DNA of 64,000 bases from Vulcanimicrobiota bacterium (GTDB lineage Bacteria; Vulcanimicrobiota; Vulcanimicrobiia; Eremiobacterales; Eremiobacteraceae). Below the pieces are notes generated by a model. That model had not been told where the DNA came from. It did no database searches and saw only the letters and a program-made list of their open reading frames with translations. The position numbers and the translations under genes were made by a program. The stretch is from the NCBI GenBank assembly GCA_963805945.1, contig CAWDVP010000001.1, forward strand, positions 384,770 to 448,769. The letters are read 5' to 3'. Shown in pieces: positions 30,070 to 42,737 of this stretch (position 1 is its first letter; the number at the start of each line of letters is the position of its first letter).

Positions 30070-30582
30070 CTACGGGAAAAGTGACCAGCGCAATGCCACG
30101 GGTCGGATCGCGCCGGCCACGGCGAGCTCGATGTGCCGCGACGCCCCCGGCGCAAGATCGAGCGCGATGCTCGCAGACGTTTCACTGCCGTCCGCGCCAT
30201 GCAGACGCACGGTCACCAACGGCGCGGCCGGGACGGCGGCGGTGTTGCGGATGGTCGCGCGCACGACCGCACCGCCAAACGAGTCTCGCAGCACGATGGT
30301 GGGACCGATCTCGATACCGCCTGGCAGCGCAAGCACCTTCGCATCTTCCAGCAGCGGGTCGAGCGTGTGCGCGCGAGCGAGGAATTCCGAGAGCATCGCC
30401 TGCCTGCGCTCGTACATCGCGATCCGCGCGAGACGGATGACGCGGCGGCGCAAAAGGCGTTCTTGTGCCGTCGACATGCCGACAGGCACGCGGATCGCGG
30501 CCGCATGCGCGTGCCGTTTCGCATGCGCGGGCAGCGGCCAAGCGGCGAGCGCGATGAGCAGCAGGGCGTACAGCAACCGCAT
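30070..30582 (-). CDS. Secreted hypothetical protein
   Basis: Signal peptide MRLLYALLLIALAAWPLPAHA; C-terminal Ig-like pattern. Confidence 0.65.
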   Translation of the reverse strand: MRLLYALLLIALAAWPLPAHAKRHAHAAAIRVPVGMSTAQERLLRRRVIRLARIAMYERRQAMLSEFLARAHTLDPLLEDAKVLALPGGIEIGPTIVLRDSFGGAVVRATIRNTAAVPAAPLVTVRLHGADGSETSASIALDLAPGASRHIELAVAGAIRPVALRWSLFP

Positions 30583-30699
30583 GCTCCCTTCATCCCCCAT
30601 GCGCGGCGGGTCGTCAAGGCGATTTTTCGGCGACCTCCATGGCGGACACCAACCCGTCCGTGGTGAACCTTAACGCCCAATGGAGGATCGCACTATATA

Positions 30700-31404
30700 A
30701 TGAAGATCTTCAGCGCATCTGCCTGGGCATTCGCCGTCCTGTTGGCGGCGGCTTCGATGGCATCTCCGGCTCGTGCCGCGAGTACCCCGCTCGCTCCGGA
30801 CGGCACGTACAATTACGACGTCAAAGAGGGCGACGTCTCGATCGGCGGCAGCGTCGTCACGATCAAACGGACCGGCAACGTCGTCAGCCTCCACGAAGCA
30901 CAGACCCTCACCAAGACGCAGTACGGAGTCATCCAGTCGACCGCCGATCTCGCGCTCATCGCGGAGAGTCTCGAACCATTATCCTACAGCGGATCGTACC
31001 TCGCGTCCGGCAAGATCACCGAGGTCAGGTTCGTCATGCAGAACGGCATGGGCGCGTTCTCCGCTAACGGCCAGCGCCTCATCGTGCCTGTGCGCGTGCT
31101 CCCCGGCACGCAAGGCATGGCCGTGCAGGAGCAATTATTCGCCCTGAGCTTCATCCCCATACCGCCGCTCGTGCAGATCGCGAGAGCGACCTCGCTGACG
31201 GTCGCCGACCCGACCCAAGCCCTGACCCACGTCATGATCGTCGATCCGGCGCCGCAGGCCAAACCTGCGGGGTTGCCCGCGGCCGACGTCGGGTTGGGTT
31301 TTGCGTCGCCCGTCGCGTACTCCATCTTCTACGATCCGCAGACCGGGGTCGTCGACGAAGTCGATATCCCCTCTCAGTCGCTGGTCATCACAAGGAAACG
31401 CTGA
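30700..31404 (+). CDS. Secreted hypothetical protein (beta-rich)
   Basis: GGAGG upstream; signal peptide ending PARA. Confidence 0.75.
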   Translation: MKIFSASAWAFAVLLAAASMASPARAASTPLAPDGTYNYDVKEGDVSIGGSVVTIKRTGNVVSLHEAQTLTKTQYGVIQSTADLALIAESLEPLSYSGSYLASGKITEVRFVMQNGMGAFSANGQRLIVPVRVLPGTQGMAVQEQLFALSFIPIPPLVQIARATSLTVADPTQALTHVMIVDPAPQAKPAGLPAADVGLGFASPVAYSIFYDPQTGVVDEVDIPSQSLVITRKR

Positions 31405-31435
31405 CCAAGAACCTCACGAGCCGAAAGGAGTCGTC

Positions 31436-32161
31436 ATGAGCGATTCGCCCGCTGCGTCTGTGCCGTCGGAACAGGCGAACGGCCTCGCGACAAGTCTCAA
31501 GGTGGTCTTCTCGCCCAGCGAGGCGTTCTCGACGCTCGCACGCGTGCCGATGTGGGGCTGGGCGGCGATCATAGGCATCGCGCTGACGCTCATCAGCACC
31601 GTGATCGGCATGCCGGCGAGCGCGCACTACAGGCACATCGCGATAGATCAATCGCTGGCCACCATGTCGGCGGAGACGGCAGCCCGAACGCGCGAGTTCT
31701 ACGCCAAGGTGCCGCAGTGGATCTTTCCCGCGATCGGCCTTGTGAGCAGCTTCATCGCCCCATGGCTCTTCTGGCTGGTCAACGCGGTGGTCTACCTCAT
31801 CGGCGCCGCGCTCGGCGGCGGGGACGCGCGCTTCAAGCTGGCGTGGGTGTGCGGGGTCAACGTCTATATCATCGCGGCGATCGCCAGCGTGATCAACTAC
31901 GCGATTCTGATGATGCGCGGCGTCGACAGCATCACCAGCTTCATCGACCTCTTCACGCTGCCTTCGCTCGCCATGTTCGTGCACGAGCCGGTCAAACTGG
32001 CCGCGTTCCTGTACGGATACAACGTCGCATATATCTGGCTCTACGTCGTCGCGTTCATCGCCTTGCAGCGGGTCATGAAGCTCAGCACGGGGGCGGCCAT
32101 CGCGACGGTCGTGGTGCAAAGCCTGTGCGTCGCGGGCCTCACGGCTGCTTTTGCTAAATGA
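31436..32161 (+). CDS. YIP1 family membrane protein (YknW-like)
   Basis: AAGGAG RBS; VVFSPSEAF motif; about 5 TMs; heads the exporter operon. Confidence 0.8.
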   Translation: MSDSPAASVPSEQANGLATSLKVVFSPSEAFSTLARVPMWGWAAIIGIALTLISTVIGMPASAHYRHIAIDQSLATMSAETAARTREFYAKVPQWIFPAIGLVSSFIAPWLFWLVNAVVYLIGAALGGGDARFKLAWVCGVNVYIIAAIASVINYAILMMRGVDSITSFIDLFTLPSLAMFVHEPVKLAAFLYGYNVAYIWLYVVAFIALQRVMKLSTGAAIATVVVQSLCVAGLTAAFAK

Positions 32162-33561
32162 CCCAGGCGGGGGTGCGGTCGGCTGATCTTCACGCCGGCG
32201 CGGCGGTCTCGATCGCCGCGCTCGTGCTGCTGTGCTCCGCGCCGTCCCTCGCCGACACCGCGCCGGCGATGACCCTGCAGCAAGCGGTCGACTTCGCGCT
32301 CGCGCACAACGCGAGGGTGCTCCAGGCGCGCGCCAATGCGGCGCAAGCCGGCGCGGTGCTCGCGCGCGACCGGGCGGCGACCCTGCCGATCGCCAGCGGC
32401 ATCCTGCAGAGCCAGTTGAACAAGCAGACGCCGAACAATTCCGGGACGTTCGCGCAGATCGGCGCGAACGTGTCGCCGAACTTCTCGCAGAACACCGCCG
32501 CCCTTCAGGGCACCTTCGACGGCCTCAATCTCACCAATATCTACCAAGCCCGCACGGACAAACGATCCTACGACGAGTCGCAGCAGAACCTGCGGCTCGC
32601 GAGCGAGCAGGCCACGCTCGACGTCGAGACCGCCTTCTACAAAGTCGTGCAGCTGATACAGCTCACCGAGATCGCGCGCGAAGACGTCGCGTACAACCGG
32701 GCGCTCATGGCGATCGCCGAGGTCAACTATCAGGGCGGCAAGATCGCGGGCATCGATCAGCTCAAGGCGCAGGTCGCCTACACCTCCGCGCTCGAGCAGC
32801 TCACCTCGGCCGACGCCGATGAGGTGGACGGCCGCGAGAATCTCGCGCAGCTTATCGGCGCGCCGATGGACCAGCAGTTCGCGCTGCCGCCGGAACCGCC
32901 CGAGCCGCCGCTGCCGAGCCTCGACAAGAAGGCGCTCGACGCGCTCGCGCTGGCGAACCGGCCCGAGGTGGCCGTGTCGCAGTCGCTGCTCGAGGCGGCG
33001 TACATCGCCTACCACCTCGTCGATGCGCCGAATCGTCCCAACCTGAGCCTGCAAGCGGCATGGGGTAATCTGGTCTCGCCCACCAACAGGGCAGCGCTGT
33101 ACGACGAGTGCGTGGCGCATGGCTTCCCACCGCCGGAATGCCTGCCGGGCCGCACGCATTTCTACGAGATCGCCATCACCTCGACATGGACGCTGCCGCT
33201 GCTCGATTGGGGCACGGTGCACGCGGGGCACGGCGCGGCAAGCCGGCTCATCGACGAGCAGACGCAGGCGCTGACGACCGCGCGCCAGCAAGCGCTGGTC
33301 GACGTGGACCAAGCGGTGCGCCGTCTGCTCGTCACGCGCGACAATCTCGCCCTGGCCAGCGCCAACGTCAGCGTCGCCAAGCAAGCCGCGCTCATCTCGG
33401 CGGTGCAGTACAAGGCGGGTCTGGCGACCGTGACCGACGTGCAGGCCGCACAACAGTCGTATCTCTCGGTCGCGCGCGACCACCTCACCGCGCAAGTCGA
33501 CTACGTGCTCGCGCTCGCCAAGCTGAAGCTGGCGACCGGAACGCTGACGGGAGCGATATGA
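32158..33561 (+). CDS. TolC family outer membrane channel
   Basis: TLQQAVDFALAHN, two OEP repeats, QYKAGLATVTDV, LKLATG. Confidence 0.9.
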   Translation: MTQAGVRSADLHAGAAVSIAALVLLCSAPSLADTAPAMTLQQAVDFALAHNARVLQARANAAQAGAVLARDRAATLPIASGILQSQLNKQTPNNSGTFAQIGANVSPNFSQNTAALQGTFDGLNLTNIYQARTDKRSYDESQQNLRLASEQATLDVETAFYKVVQLIQLTEIAREDVAYNRALMAIAEVNYQGGKIAGIDQLKAQVAYTSALEQLTSADADEVDGRENLAQLIGAPMDQQFALPPEPPEPPLPSLDKKALDALALANRPEVAVSQSLLEAAYIAYHLVDAPNRPNLSLQAAWGNLVSPTNRAALYDECVAHGFPPPECLPGRTHFYEIAITSTWTLPLLDWGTVHAGHGAASRLIDEQTQALTTARQQALVDVDQAVRRLLVTRDNLALASANVSVAKQAALISAVQYKAGLATVTDVQAAQQSYLSVARDHLTAQVDYVLALAKLKLATGTLTGAI

Positions 33562-34994
33562 AGAAGCTCTGGAGCAATATGACCTGGCGCATCGTGATCA
33601 TCGCCGGCGTGGTCGTCGCGATGATCCTGATCGGGGTGTTCAGCCACCATGGACCGAGCCCGGTCGCAACCGCGACCGTGACCGTGAAGCCCACCGACCT
33701 GCTCGTGAAGCTGCCGGAGAACGGCGAGCTGTCGCGCCCGACGACCGCCACCATCGCCGCGCAGAGCGCGGGCAACATCGTGCGCGTCGTGGCGAAAGAG
33801 GGCCAGCACGTGCGGCGCGGCGATCTGCTCATGAAACTCGACGATCGGCAGATCGGGTCTTCCGTCGCGGCAGACCGCGCCTCGTACGCCGGGGCGCAGG
33901 CCAACCTTGTGTCCGCGCAAGCGCGGCTTGAATCCGACATCAACGCCAAGCGCGAGGGTCAGATCTCCGGCGGGTTGGGCGCCGCCTCCATCGGCGTGTC
34001 GGGTGAATCGCAGCTCGTGCAGGCCGAGCAGACGCTGTCGTCGGCGAAGCTGGCCTTGCAGACCGCGAAGGAGGCGTACGACGGGGATCAGTCGCTGTAC
34101 GCCATCAATGGGCTCGCGCGCCAGCAGCTCGACAAGGATAAGGCCACCTACGAGGACGCGCTCAGCAACGTGAGGTCCGCGCAGCGGCAGTACGACCTGC
34201 TCAAGCAGCAGTTGAAAGAGACCGGCGGCCAGCTCGACACGCAGATCCAGGCCGACCGTTCGTCGGTGGCGAGCGCGCAGGCGTCGCTGGATTCGGCAAG
34301 CGCCTCGCTCGCGCTCCACCAGTCGAACCTCGCCGACACCGAGGTGCGCGCGCCCTTCGACGGCGTCATCCAGCAGATGGGCACCGCGCCGACCGGCACG
34401 ACGTCGACGCCGCTCGCCGTCGGCGACGCGGTGACGCCGGGCGAGGTGCTCTTCACCATCGCGGGCGCGGAGCCGATGGTGGTGAAGGCGCAAGTGGACG
34501 AACAGGACATCATCAACGTCAAACTCGGTCAACGCGCGCTCATCACCGGCGAGGACTTCCCCGGACACACGCTGCCCGGCAAGGTCGCCAACATCGCCGC
34601 GGTGGTGCTGCAGGTCAATCAGTCGGGCAACAGCGCCAAGAACGTCGAGACCACGATCTCGCTCTCCCAGGACTACCCGTTCCTGCGCGCCGGCATGTCG
34701 TGCGATGTGGACATCATCACCGGTGAGGCGCGCCACGCGCTCACCGTGCCGCTGTCGTCGATCGTCGATGACGGCGACACACATTCGGTTTTCGTCATCA
34801 AGGGCGGTAAAGCGGCCAAGACGCCGATCGTCAAAGGGCTCGCCACCGACACCGACGTGGCGATCGTCAAGGGGCTCACGGCCGGCGACGTCGTCGCCAC
34901 CACCAACGTCAAGGATATCAAGGACGGCGCGAAGGTCAACGCCACGCCCGCGGCGACCCCAGCCCCGTCGCCGTCGTCAAGCGCCGCGCAATGA
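33558..34994 (+). CDS. MacA/HlyD-type membrane fusion protein
   Basis: N-terminal TM, lipoyl halves (KEGQHVRRGDLL, VRAPFDGVI), long coiled coil. Confidence 0.9.
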   Translation: MKKLWSNMTWRIVIIAGVVVAMILIGVFSHHGPSPVATATVTVKPTDLLVKLPENGELSRPTTATIAAQSAGNIVRVVAKEGQHVRRGDLLMKLDDRQIGSSVAADRASYAGAQANLVSAQARLESDINAKREGQISGGLGAASIGVSGESQLVQAEQTLSSAKLALQTAKEAYDGDQSLYAINGLARQQLDKDKATYEDALSNVRSAQRQYDLLKQQLKETGGQLDTQIQADRSSVASAQASLDSASASLALHQSNLADTEVRAPFDGVIQQMGTAPTGTTSTPLAVGDAVTPGEVLFTIAGAEPMVVKAQVDEQDIINVKLGQRALITGEDFPGHTLPGKVANIAAVVLQVNQSGNSAKNVETTISLSQDYPFLRAGMSCDVDIITGEARHALTVPLSSIVDDGDTHSVFVIKGGKAAKTPIVKGLATDTDVAIVKGLTAGDVVATTNVKDIKDGAKVNATPAATPAPSPSSSAAQ

Positions 34995-36190
34995 AGCTCT
35001 GGGAGTTCTTCTCGTCCGCCTTCGAGACGCTGTGGGCGAATCGCACGCGGTCGATCCTCACCATGATCGGCATCGTCATCGGCACCGCCGCCGTGATCTC
35101 GATCTTCGCGCTCGGACAAAGCGCGTCATCGTCGATCGCCGCGTCGCTCGGGCAGTTCGGCAATCAAGGCATCTTCTTCGCGCCTGACTCGGGCGCGCGC
35201 CGGCTCAAGACGGTGCAATTGCAGTGGCAGGACGTCGCGACCGTGCGCGACGGCTGCTCGCGCTGCCTGCACGTCTTCCCCTACTACGACAGCTACGTCA
35301 CCATCCGTTCCGGGCACTCAAACGACGCGTACGAGCTCTCTTCCGATACGGACTACGTCGTGGACAAGCTGCCCATGGCGGAAGGGCGCCGTTTCAATGC
35401 CGAGGATGTGGACGGCGCGCGCTCCGTCGCCAACCTGCTCATGCCCGCGAAGCAGCGGCTGTTCGGCGACGGGCCGGCGGTGGGCAAGTACGTGCGTATC
35501 GAGAATCGCCGCTTCCTGGTGATCGGCGTGTACGCGCCGGTCAGCGCCGGCCTCCTGGGCAGTCTCTCCGGCAGCGACTTCAGCATCAACATCCCGTATA
35601 CGACGTTCCACCACTTGCCCGGGTCGCAGCTCCTCGCGCTGCAGGTGTTCCAACAGCCGGGTGAGCCCGCTGGACCGGTGATCGACGAGGTACAGGCTAT
35701 CCTCAAGCGCGTGCACGGATCGCGCGCCGCCTTCGAAGCGCAGGATTTCACCCAGCAGGTCGGCGCTTTCCTCAGCGTCATCACCTACGTCGCCGTCGGC
35801 ATCTCGGCGATCGGCTTCATCGCGCTCGTCGTCGGCGGCATCGGCGTCATGAACATCATGCTCGTGTCGGTCATCGAGCGCACGCGTGAGATCGGCGTAC
35901 GCAAAGCCATCGGTGCGACGCGCACCGACATCTTGTGGCAGTTCCTGGCCGAGGCGATCGCCATCACGCTCATCGGCGGCATGATCGGCACCATCATCGG
36001 CGTGGCGGCGGCGCTCGCCACCAACACGTTCCTCATCGGCAAGTTCGCGGGTGCGACCGCCTCGATCAACTGGTTCTCGATCCTTTTCGCATCGGTGAGC
36101 TTCTCCGTGCTCATAGGCATCTTCTTCGGCACCTACCCGGCCGCGCGCGCCGCCGGGCTGTCGCCGATCGAATGTCTGCGCCATGAATAA
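34991..36190 (+). CDS. MacB/FtsX-type ABC permease 1
   Basis: RSILTMIGIVIG, GGIGVMNIMLVSVIERTREIGVRKAIGA. Confidence 0.93.
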   Translation: MKLWEFFSSAFETLWANRTRSILTMIGIVIGTAAVISIFALGQSASSSIAASLGQFGNQGIFFAPDSGARRLKTVQLQWQDVATVRDGCSRCLHVFPYYDSYVTIRSGHSNDAYELSSDTDYVVDKLPMAEGRRFNAEDVDGARSVANLLMPAKQRLFGDGPAVGKYVRIENRRFLVIGVYAPVSAGLLGSLSGSDFSINIPYTTFHHLPGSQLLALQVFQQPGEPAGPVIDEVQAILKRVHGSRAAFEAQDFTQQVGAFLSVITYVAVGISAIGFIALVVGGIGVMNIMLVSVIERTREIGVRKAIGATRTDILWQFLAEAIAITLIGGMIGTIIGVAAALATNTFLIGKFAGATASINWFSILFASVSFSVLIGIFFGTYPAARAAGLSPIECLRHE

Positions 36191-37395
36191 GATCGTCGAG
36201 TTCGTCAGCCAGGCTCTTGCGGCGCTCTGGACCAATCGGCTGCGCTCGCTGCTCACCATGCTCGGGCTCGTCATCGGCGTCGGTTCGGTGATCGCCATCC
36301 TCGCCGTCGGCGACTCCACCACCAAGACGGTGCTCAACGTGCTGTCGCCCTACTCGCTCGCGTCGGCGTTCATCTTCCCCAAGGTGCAGCAGCCCGACCC
36401 TGAGCTCGCGCAGATCCGGTATGACGATGCGGTGCGCGTCGCCCGCATGGTGCCCGATGCCAAGGCCGTCCTGCCGCTGCTGGCGATACCGATGGAGACG
36501 CGCTTCAACCACCAGGACAAGACCGTGCAGGTCGTGACGGCGGGCGTCGGCACTGGAGTCGACACGACCCCGCTCGCCGAGGGTCGCCTCTTCTCCGAGT
36601 CCGACGTCTCAGCCCATCGCAAGATCACGGTGCTCTCCGCCAAGGCCCGCGAGGAATTGCTGCCACCCGGCGGCTCAGTGCTTGGGCAGGTCGTGCGGCT
36701 CGAACGGCAGCGACTACGAGGTCGTCGGCGTCCAGGCGCCGCCGCTCACCGGCGGTCTGCTCGGTGGCAACAACAACGGCCTCATCTCGGTGACGATCCC
36801 CTACACGCTCATCCCGCAGCTCGGATACACGTTCGTGCGCGGCCTCAACGTCGTCGCCCCTGACCCGGGCAGCGTGACCCGCATCGGCGACGAGGCGATC
36901 GCCGCGCTCAAGAAGATCCATGGCGAGCGCACGCAGTATCAGGAGCGCGACATCCAGCAGATCAACCAAGGCATCATCAAGACGTTTGGCGTCCTCACCG
37001 CCGTCATCGGCGTGGTCGCGGGCATCTCGCTCCTCGTCGGCGGCGTCGGCATCATGAACATCATGCTCGTGTCGGTCACCGAGCGCACGCGCGAGATCGG
37101 CATCCGCAAGGCGATCGGCGCGACGCGCAGCGACATCCTGCTGCAGTTCTTCATCGAGGCGCTGCTGTTGTGCCTCATCGGCGGGCTCATCGGGCTTGCC
37201 TGCGGCGTGCTGCTCGCGGAATTCGTCATCCACGCCTGGATCTCGCAGATCTCGCCGAATCTCGTGTCGTTCGCGTGGGGCCCCATCATCGCGGTGGCGA
37301 TCGCCTTCTCCGCCGGCGTCGGCATCGTCTTCGGCACCTATCCGGCGGTGCGCGCGTCCTACCTCAATCCCATCGACTGCCTGCGCTATGAATGA
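36183..37395 (+). CDS. MacB/FtsX-type ABC permease 2 (one +1 frameshift near 36702)
   Basis: ORFs 36183-36863 and 36682-37395 join as ...VVRL-NGSDYEVVGV... if one G at 36702 is removed. Confidence 0.85.
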
Positions 37396-38113
37396 CACCG
37401 CACGCGCCGGCGCGCAGCCCGTCGTCGAGATGGAGCAGGTCACCAAGACCTATGAGATCGGCGATATCAAGGTGCCGGCATTGCGCGGCGTGTCCTATTC
37501 CGTATTGCCGGGCGAATACGTAGCGATCATGGGACCATCGGGTTCGGGCAAGTCGACGCTCATGAATCTCATCGGCTGTCTCGACAAGCCGACGACCGGC
37601 CTGTATCGACTTGACGGTGTCGATGTGGCGGCGCAATCGGATTCGGAGCTCGCCGCCGTGCGGCTCAAGAAGCTCGGCTTCGTGTTCCAGGGCTTCAACC
37701 TGCTGCCGCGCACGTCGGCGGTGACCAACGTGGCGCTGCCGCTCTTCTATCTCGGCGACCGCGACCGCGCGGTCAAAGCCGCCGCGGTGTTGGAGCGGGT
37801 CGGGTTGGGAGACCGCATCTACCATCGGCCCAACGAGCTGTCCGGCGGCCAGCAGCAGCGCGTCGCGATCGCGCGCGCGCTGGTCAACAATCCGGCGGTC
37901 GTGCTCGCCGACGAACCGACCGGCAATCTCGACTCGGTGACCGCCGAAGGCATCATGGGTCTGTTCCAACGCTTCAACGATGAGGGCCACACCGTCATCA
38001 TGGTGACCCACGACGACGACATCGCCAACCATGCGAAGCGGATCATCAAGCTGCGCGATGGTCTGATCGTGCAGGATGAGACGGTGGCGGCGCGCACCCT
38101 GATAACGATGTAG
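37388..38113 (+). CDS. ABC transporter ATP-binding protein (MacB/LolD-type)
   Basis: GPSGSGKST, LSGGQQQR, LADEPTGNLD, VTHD. Confidence 0.95.
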   Translation: MNDTARAGAQPVVEMEQVTKTYEIGDIKVPALRGVSYSVLPGEYVAIMGPSGSGKSTLMNLIGCLDKPTTGLYRLDGVDVAAQSDSELAAVRLKKLGFVFQGFNLLPRTSAVTNVALPLFYLGDRDRAVKAAAVLERVGLGDRIYHRPNELSGGQQQRVAIARALVNNPAVVLADEPTGNLDSVTAEGIMGLFQRFNDEGHTVIMVTHDDDIANHAKRIIKLRDGLIVQDETVAARTLITM

Positions 38114-38175
38114 GGGTCGACCTTCAGGTCGACCCTCGCGTCGTGGTGGGCCGATCTGAAGATCGGCCCCTACAT
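38108..38175. repeat. GTAG-type REP doublet (REPIN-like) between convergent genes
   Basis: GTAGGGGTCGACCTTCAGGTCGACCC (38110-38135) and inverted GGGCCGATCTGAAGATCGGCCCCTAC (38148-38173). Confidence 0.8.
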
Positions 38176-38184
38176 ACCGACGCG

Positions 38185-38799
38185 TCAATACGCGATCGAC
38201 ACCGATTGGTGGACGTAGTCCGGGCGCACGAGCTCGTTCACGATGAAGTGCGCCACGTCGGCGCGTGATATCTGCCAGCCGCCCGTGGGTGTGGTCCCTA
38301 ACGCCAACCGGTAGCCGCCGGTCTGCGGGCCTTCCTTGAGCAGGGGCGGGCGCACGATCGTCCAGTCGAGCCCGCTTTTGTAGATGGCGGCCTCTTGCCG
38401 CTCTTTGTCCGCATAGATGTCCTTGAGGAACAGCGGCCGCACGATCTGCTCGAACAGGAAGCCCGTGCCCGTGTCCTCGGGCACGGTGATGCACAGCAAG
38501 CGCGCGGCGCCCTGGCGCTTCATCTCGGCGATGATCAAGTGGATCGATTCAGAGCAGACGTTTTGGGGTTGGCCCGAACGCGGGCCGATCGCCGACACCA
38601 CCGCCTCTTGGCCCGCGATGGCGCGTGCGACGTCGAAGGGGTCGAGCGCGTCGCCCACTTCGACGCGCAGTTTGGGGTGCTCGAGGCCGAGGGAGGCGGC
38701 GTCGCGGACGAAGGCGGTGACCGCGTGCTTCTTCGCCAGGGCTTGCTCGACGACGAGCCGGCCGGTCCGGCCGGACGCTCCGAATACGACCACTTTCAT
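38185..38799 (-). CDS. NAD(P)H-binding atypical SDR (flavin reductase/BVR-B-like)
   Basis: VFGASGRTG, LDWTIVRP, ISRADVA. Confidence 0.9.
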   Translation of the reverse strand: MKVVVFGASGRTGRLVVEQALAKKHAVTAFVRDAASLGLEHPKLRVEVGDALDPFDVARAIAGQEAVVSAIGPRSGQPQNVCSESIHLIIAEMKRQGAARLLCITVPEDTGTGFLFEQIVRPLFLKDIYADKERQEAAIYKSGLDWTIVRPPLLKEGPQTGGYRLALGTTPTGGWQISRADVAHFIVNELVRPDYVHQSVSIAY

Positions 38800-38838
38800 A
38801 CCGCCTAGGTACCCTCGGGAGGTCTCAGCGTTCTCTCC

Positions 38839-38872
38839 TTGACGGTTAGCACTCTCGATGCTATAGTGCTAA
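38839..38872 (+). promoter_or_regulatory. Sigma70 promoter overlapped by a CIRCE (HrcA operator)
   Basis: TTGACG 38839-38844, 17 bp, TATAGT 38862-38867 with extended TG. TTAGCACTC-N9-TAGTGCTAA at 38846-38872 is 17/18 to the CIRCE consensus. Confidence 0.9.
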
Positions 38873-39054
38873 ACAGGCAAAACTAAGGGTCTTTTGGACC
38901 TCAAAATGGGACAGTCCTCCCCTGGGAACGGGGAACATTTCTTTCGATTCTAGGTAATTCACAAGCGGGTCGTTGGCGTGCGCCGAGAACGACCTCACTA
39001 CCATCGTGCCACCTCAGGGTGCGCGTATCAGGATTAGGAGCGCCAGAACATCCC

Positions 39055-40236
39055 ATGAACCCCTCCACCCGATCCAATCTCAGCGCCTTGCTCATCGGCC
39101 TCATGGGCGTCCTCGTCGGCGCCGTGCTGGTGACCAACTGGCAGACCCTCAAGACCACCCATGTGGTGTCCGTGGCGCCGCCTGCGATGACCGCATACGC
39201 CGCCCCGCTGCATGCCGATGATCTCGAACAGCGCATCATCGAAGCCGTCAAACACACCGAACCGTCGGTGGTGCTGATCCGCTCGACCATCCGCGGCCAG
39301 CAGATCAATCCGCTCAACGACATGTTCGGTCAAGGCAGCGGCGATCAATCCGAGCCCTTCTTCGCGAAGGCCTCCGGCAGCGGCTTCATCTTCAAGAAGG
39401 AAGGCGACGTCGCATACGTCGCGACCAACGCGCACGTCGTCTTCAACGCCGACAAGATCGAAGTGCTGCTGTCCAACGGCAAGCCCGTGCAAGCGGAGAA
39501 GGTCGGCTCTGACATCCGCAGCGATCTGGCCGTCCTGCGCATCCAAGGAAGCAATCTGCCGCCGGCGCTGCAGCTCGGGGACTCGAACGCCCTGCAGCAG
39601 GGCCAGTTCGTCATCGCGATCGGCGAGCCGGAAGGGTTTCAGAACTCGGTCAGCCTCGGCATCGTGTCGGCGCTGCACCACTCGGACATCACCGCGGGCG
39701 GCGGCAATTTCGCCGGCATCCCCTCGATCCACTACAGCGACCTGATGCAGACCACCGCGCCCATCAACCCGGGCAACTCGGGCGGTCCGCTCGTGACGGT
39801 GTCGGGCCAAGTGGTCGGCATCGCCGCGGTCGTGGATCCGCGCGCGCAGAACATCGGCTTCGCGATCCCCATCAGCGCGGCACAGCCGATCCTCGCGACG
39901 CTGGAGACCCATAAGACCATCAGCCACCCGTACATCGGCATCGCGATGACGCCGATGAGCGATCGCATCGGCAATTACCTCGGCTATACCGGCAAGGGCG
40001 GCGTCGTCGTCACGCAGGTGGTGCAGGGCAGTCCCGCCGATAAGGTCGGTCTGACCCAGGGCGATGTGATCGTCGAGCTCAACCACGAGAAGGTCGCGCA
40101 GCCGGCCGACATCGCGAGCGCCGTCGCCAAGCTGAAGACGGGCGACAAAGTCACGGTCCTCGTCTGGCGCAAAGGCGCGCTGACGCCGTTCGACATCACG
40201 CTCGCGGACATGCCGGAGCAACTGCCGCAGAACTAG
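39055..40236 (+). CDS. htrA: HtrA/DegP family serine protease, single PDZ, membrane anchored
   Basis: TNAHVV, SDLAVL, GNSGGPL triad; C-terminal PDZ. Confidence 0.93.
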   Translation: MNPSTRSNLSALLIGLMGVLVGAVLVTNWQTLKTTHVVSVAPPAMTAYAAPLHADDLEQRIIEAVKHTEPSVVLIRSTIRGQQINPLNDMFGQGSGDQSEPFFAKASGSGFIFKKEGDVAYVATNAHVVFNADKIEVLLSNGKPVQAEKVGSDIRSDLAVLRIQGSNLPPALQLGDSNALQQGQFVIAIGEPEGFQNSVSLGIVSALHHSDITAGGGNFAGIPSIHYSDLMQTTAPINPGNSGGPLVTVSGQVVGIAAVVDPRAQNIGFAIPISAAQPILATLETHKTISHPYIGIAMTPMSDRIGNYLGYTGKGGVVVTQVVQGSPADKVGLTQGDVIVELNHEKVAQPADIASAVAKLKTGDKVTVLVWRKGALTPFDITLADMPEQLPQN

Positions 40237-40262
40237 CGGTCGAATGAATTCGACCGCTCCAT
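40235..40262. repeat. REP-like palindrome between htrA and dnaK
   Basis: AGCGGTCGAATGAATTCGACCGCTCCAT. Confidence 0.8.
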
Positions 40263-40292
40263 ACCTCAAGGAATTTCAAAGGAGTCACCCTC

Positions 40293-42164
<1,872 letters not shown>

Positions 42165-42173
42165 GGTCGACTC

Positions 42174-42737
42174 GTGCCGGACACGAATCCGCTCGACGAG
42201 TTCGACTCGCTCGCGACCGGCCCGTTGCCAGGCGTGGACGAGTCCGCCAATGGCGTTGCTGCGGCGGAGCCGTCCGCGCAGGACCAGCTCGCGCATGCGC
42301 GCGCGCAGGTCGAGGAGCAACGCGGCCTCTACCTGCGGGCGCTCGCTGATTTCGACAACTACCGCAAGCGCGCCGAGCGCGACATCGCCGACCTTTCGCA
42401 GCGCGGCCGGCGCGAGCTGCTCAAGCGCATCCTGCCGGTACTCGACAATCTCGCGCGCGCGGAGGAGTACCGCGAACGCGGCACGCCGCCGGAGCAGATC
42501 ATCGAAGGCGCGATCCAGACGGGCAAGCAGCTGCTCGCGGCGCTCGCGGCGGAGAACGTCCGGCCGATCGAAGTGGTCGGCAAGCCGTTCGATCCGGCCA
42601 TCGCGGAGGCGGTCGCCACGCAGCCGGCGGGAGCGGGCGTGGCGGACAACACGGTGATCGCCGAAGCCGCCAAGGGCTACTACATAGGCGACGAGGTGCT
42701 GCGGCCCGCGCAAGTGGTCGTCGCCAAGAGCGCGTAG
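42174..42737 (+). CDS. grpE: Nucleotide exchange factor GrpE
   Basis: [21 protein letters not shown]...VLRPAQVVV. Confidence 0.95.
   Translation: MPDTNPLDEFDSLATGPLPGVDESANGVAAAEPSAQDQLAHARAQVEEQRGLYLRALADFDNYRKRAERDIADLSQRGRRELLKRILPVLDNLARAEEYRERGTPPEQIIEGAIQTGKQLLAALAAENVRPIEVVGKPFDPAIAEAVATQPAGAGVADNTVIAEAAKGYYIGDEVLRPAQVVVAKSA

Noticed and set aside
36695..36710. Programmed frameshift in permease 2
   Set aside because: Single extra base, no slippery site, and both halves are otherwise undecayed; sequencing error or recent mutation is more likely.
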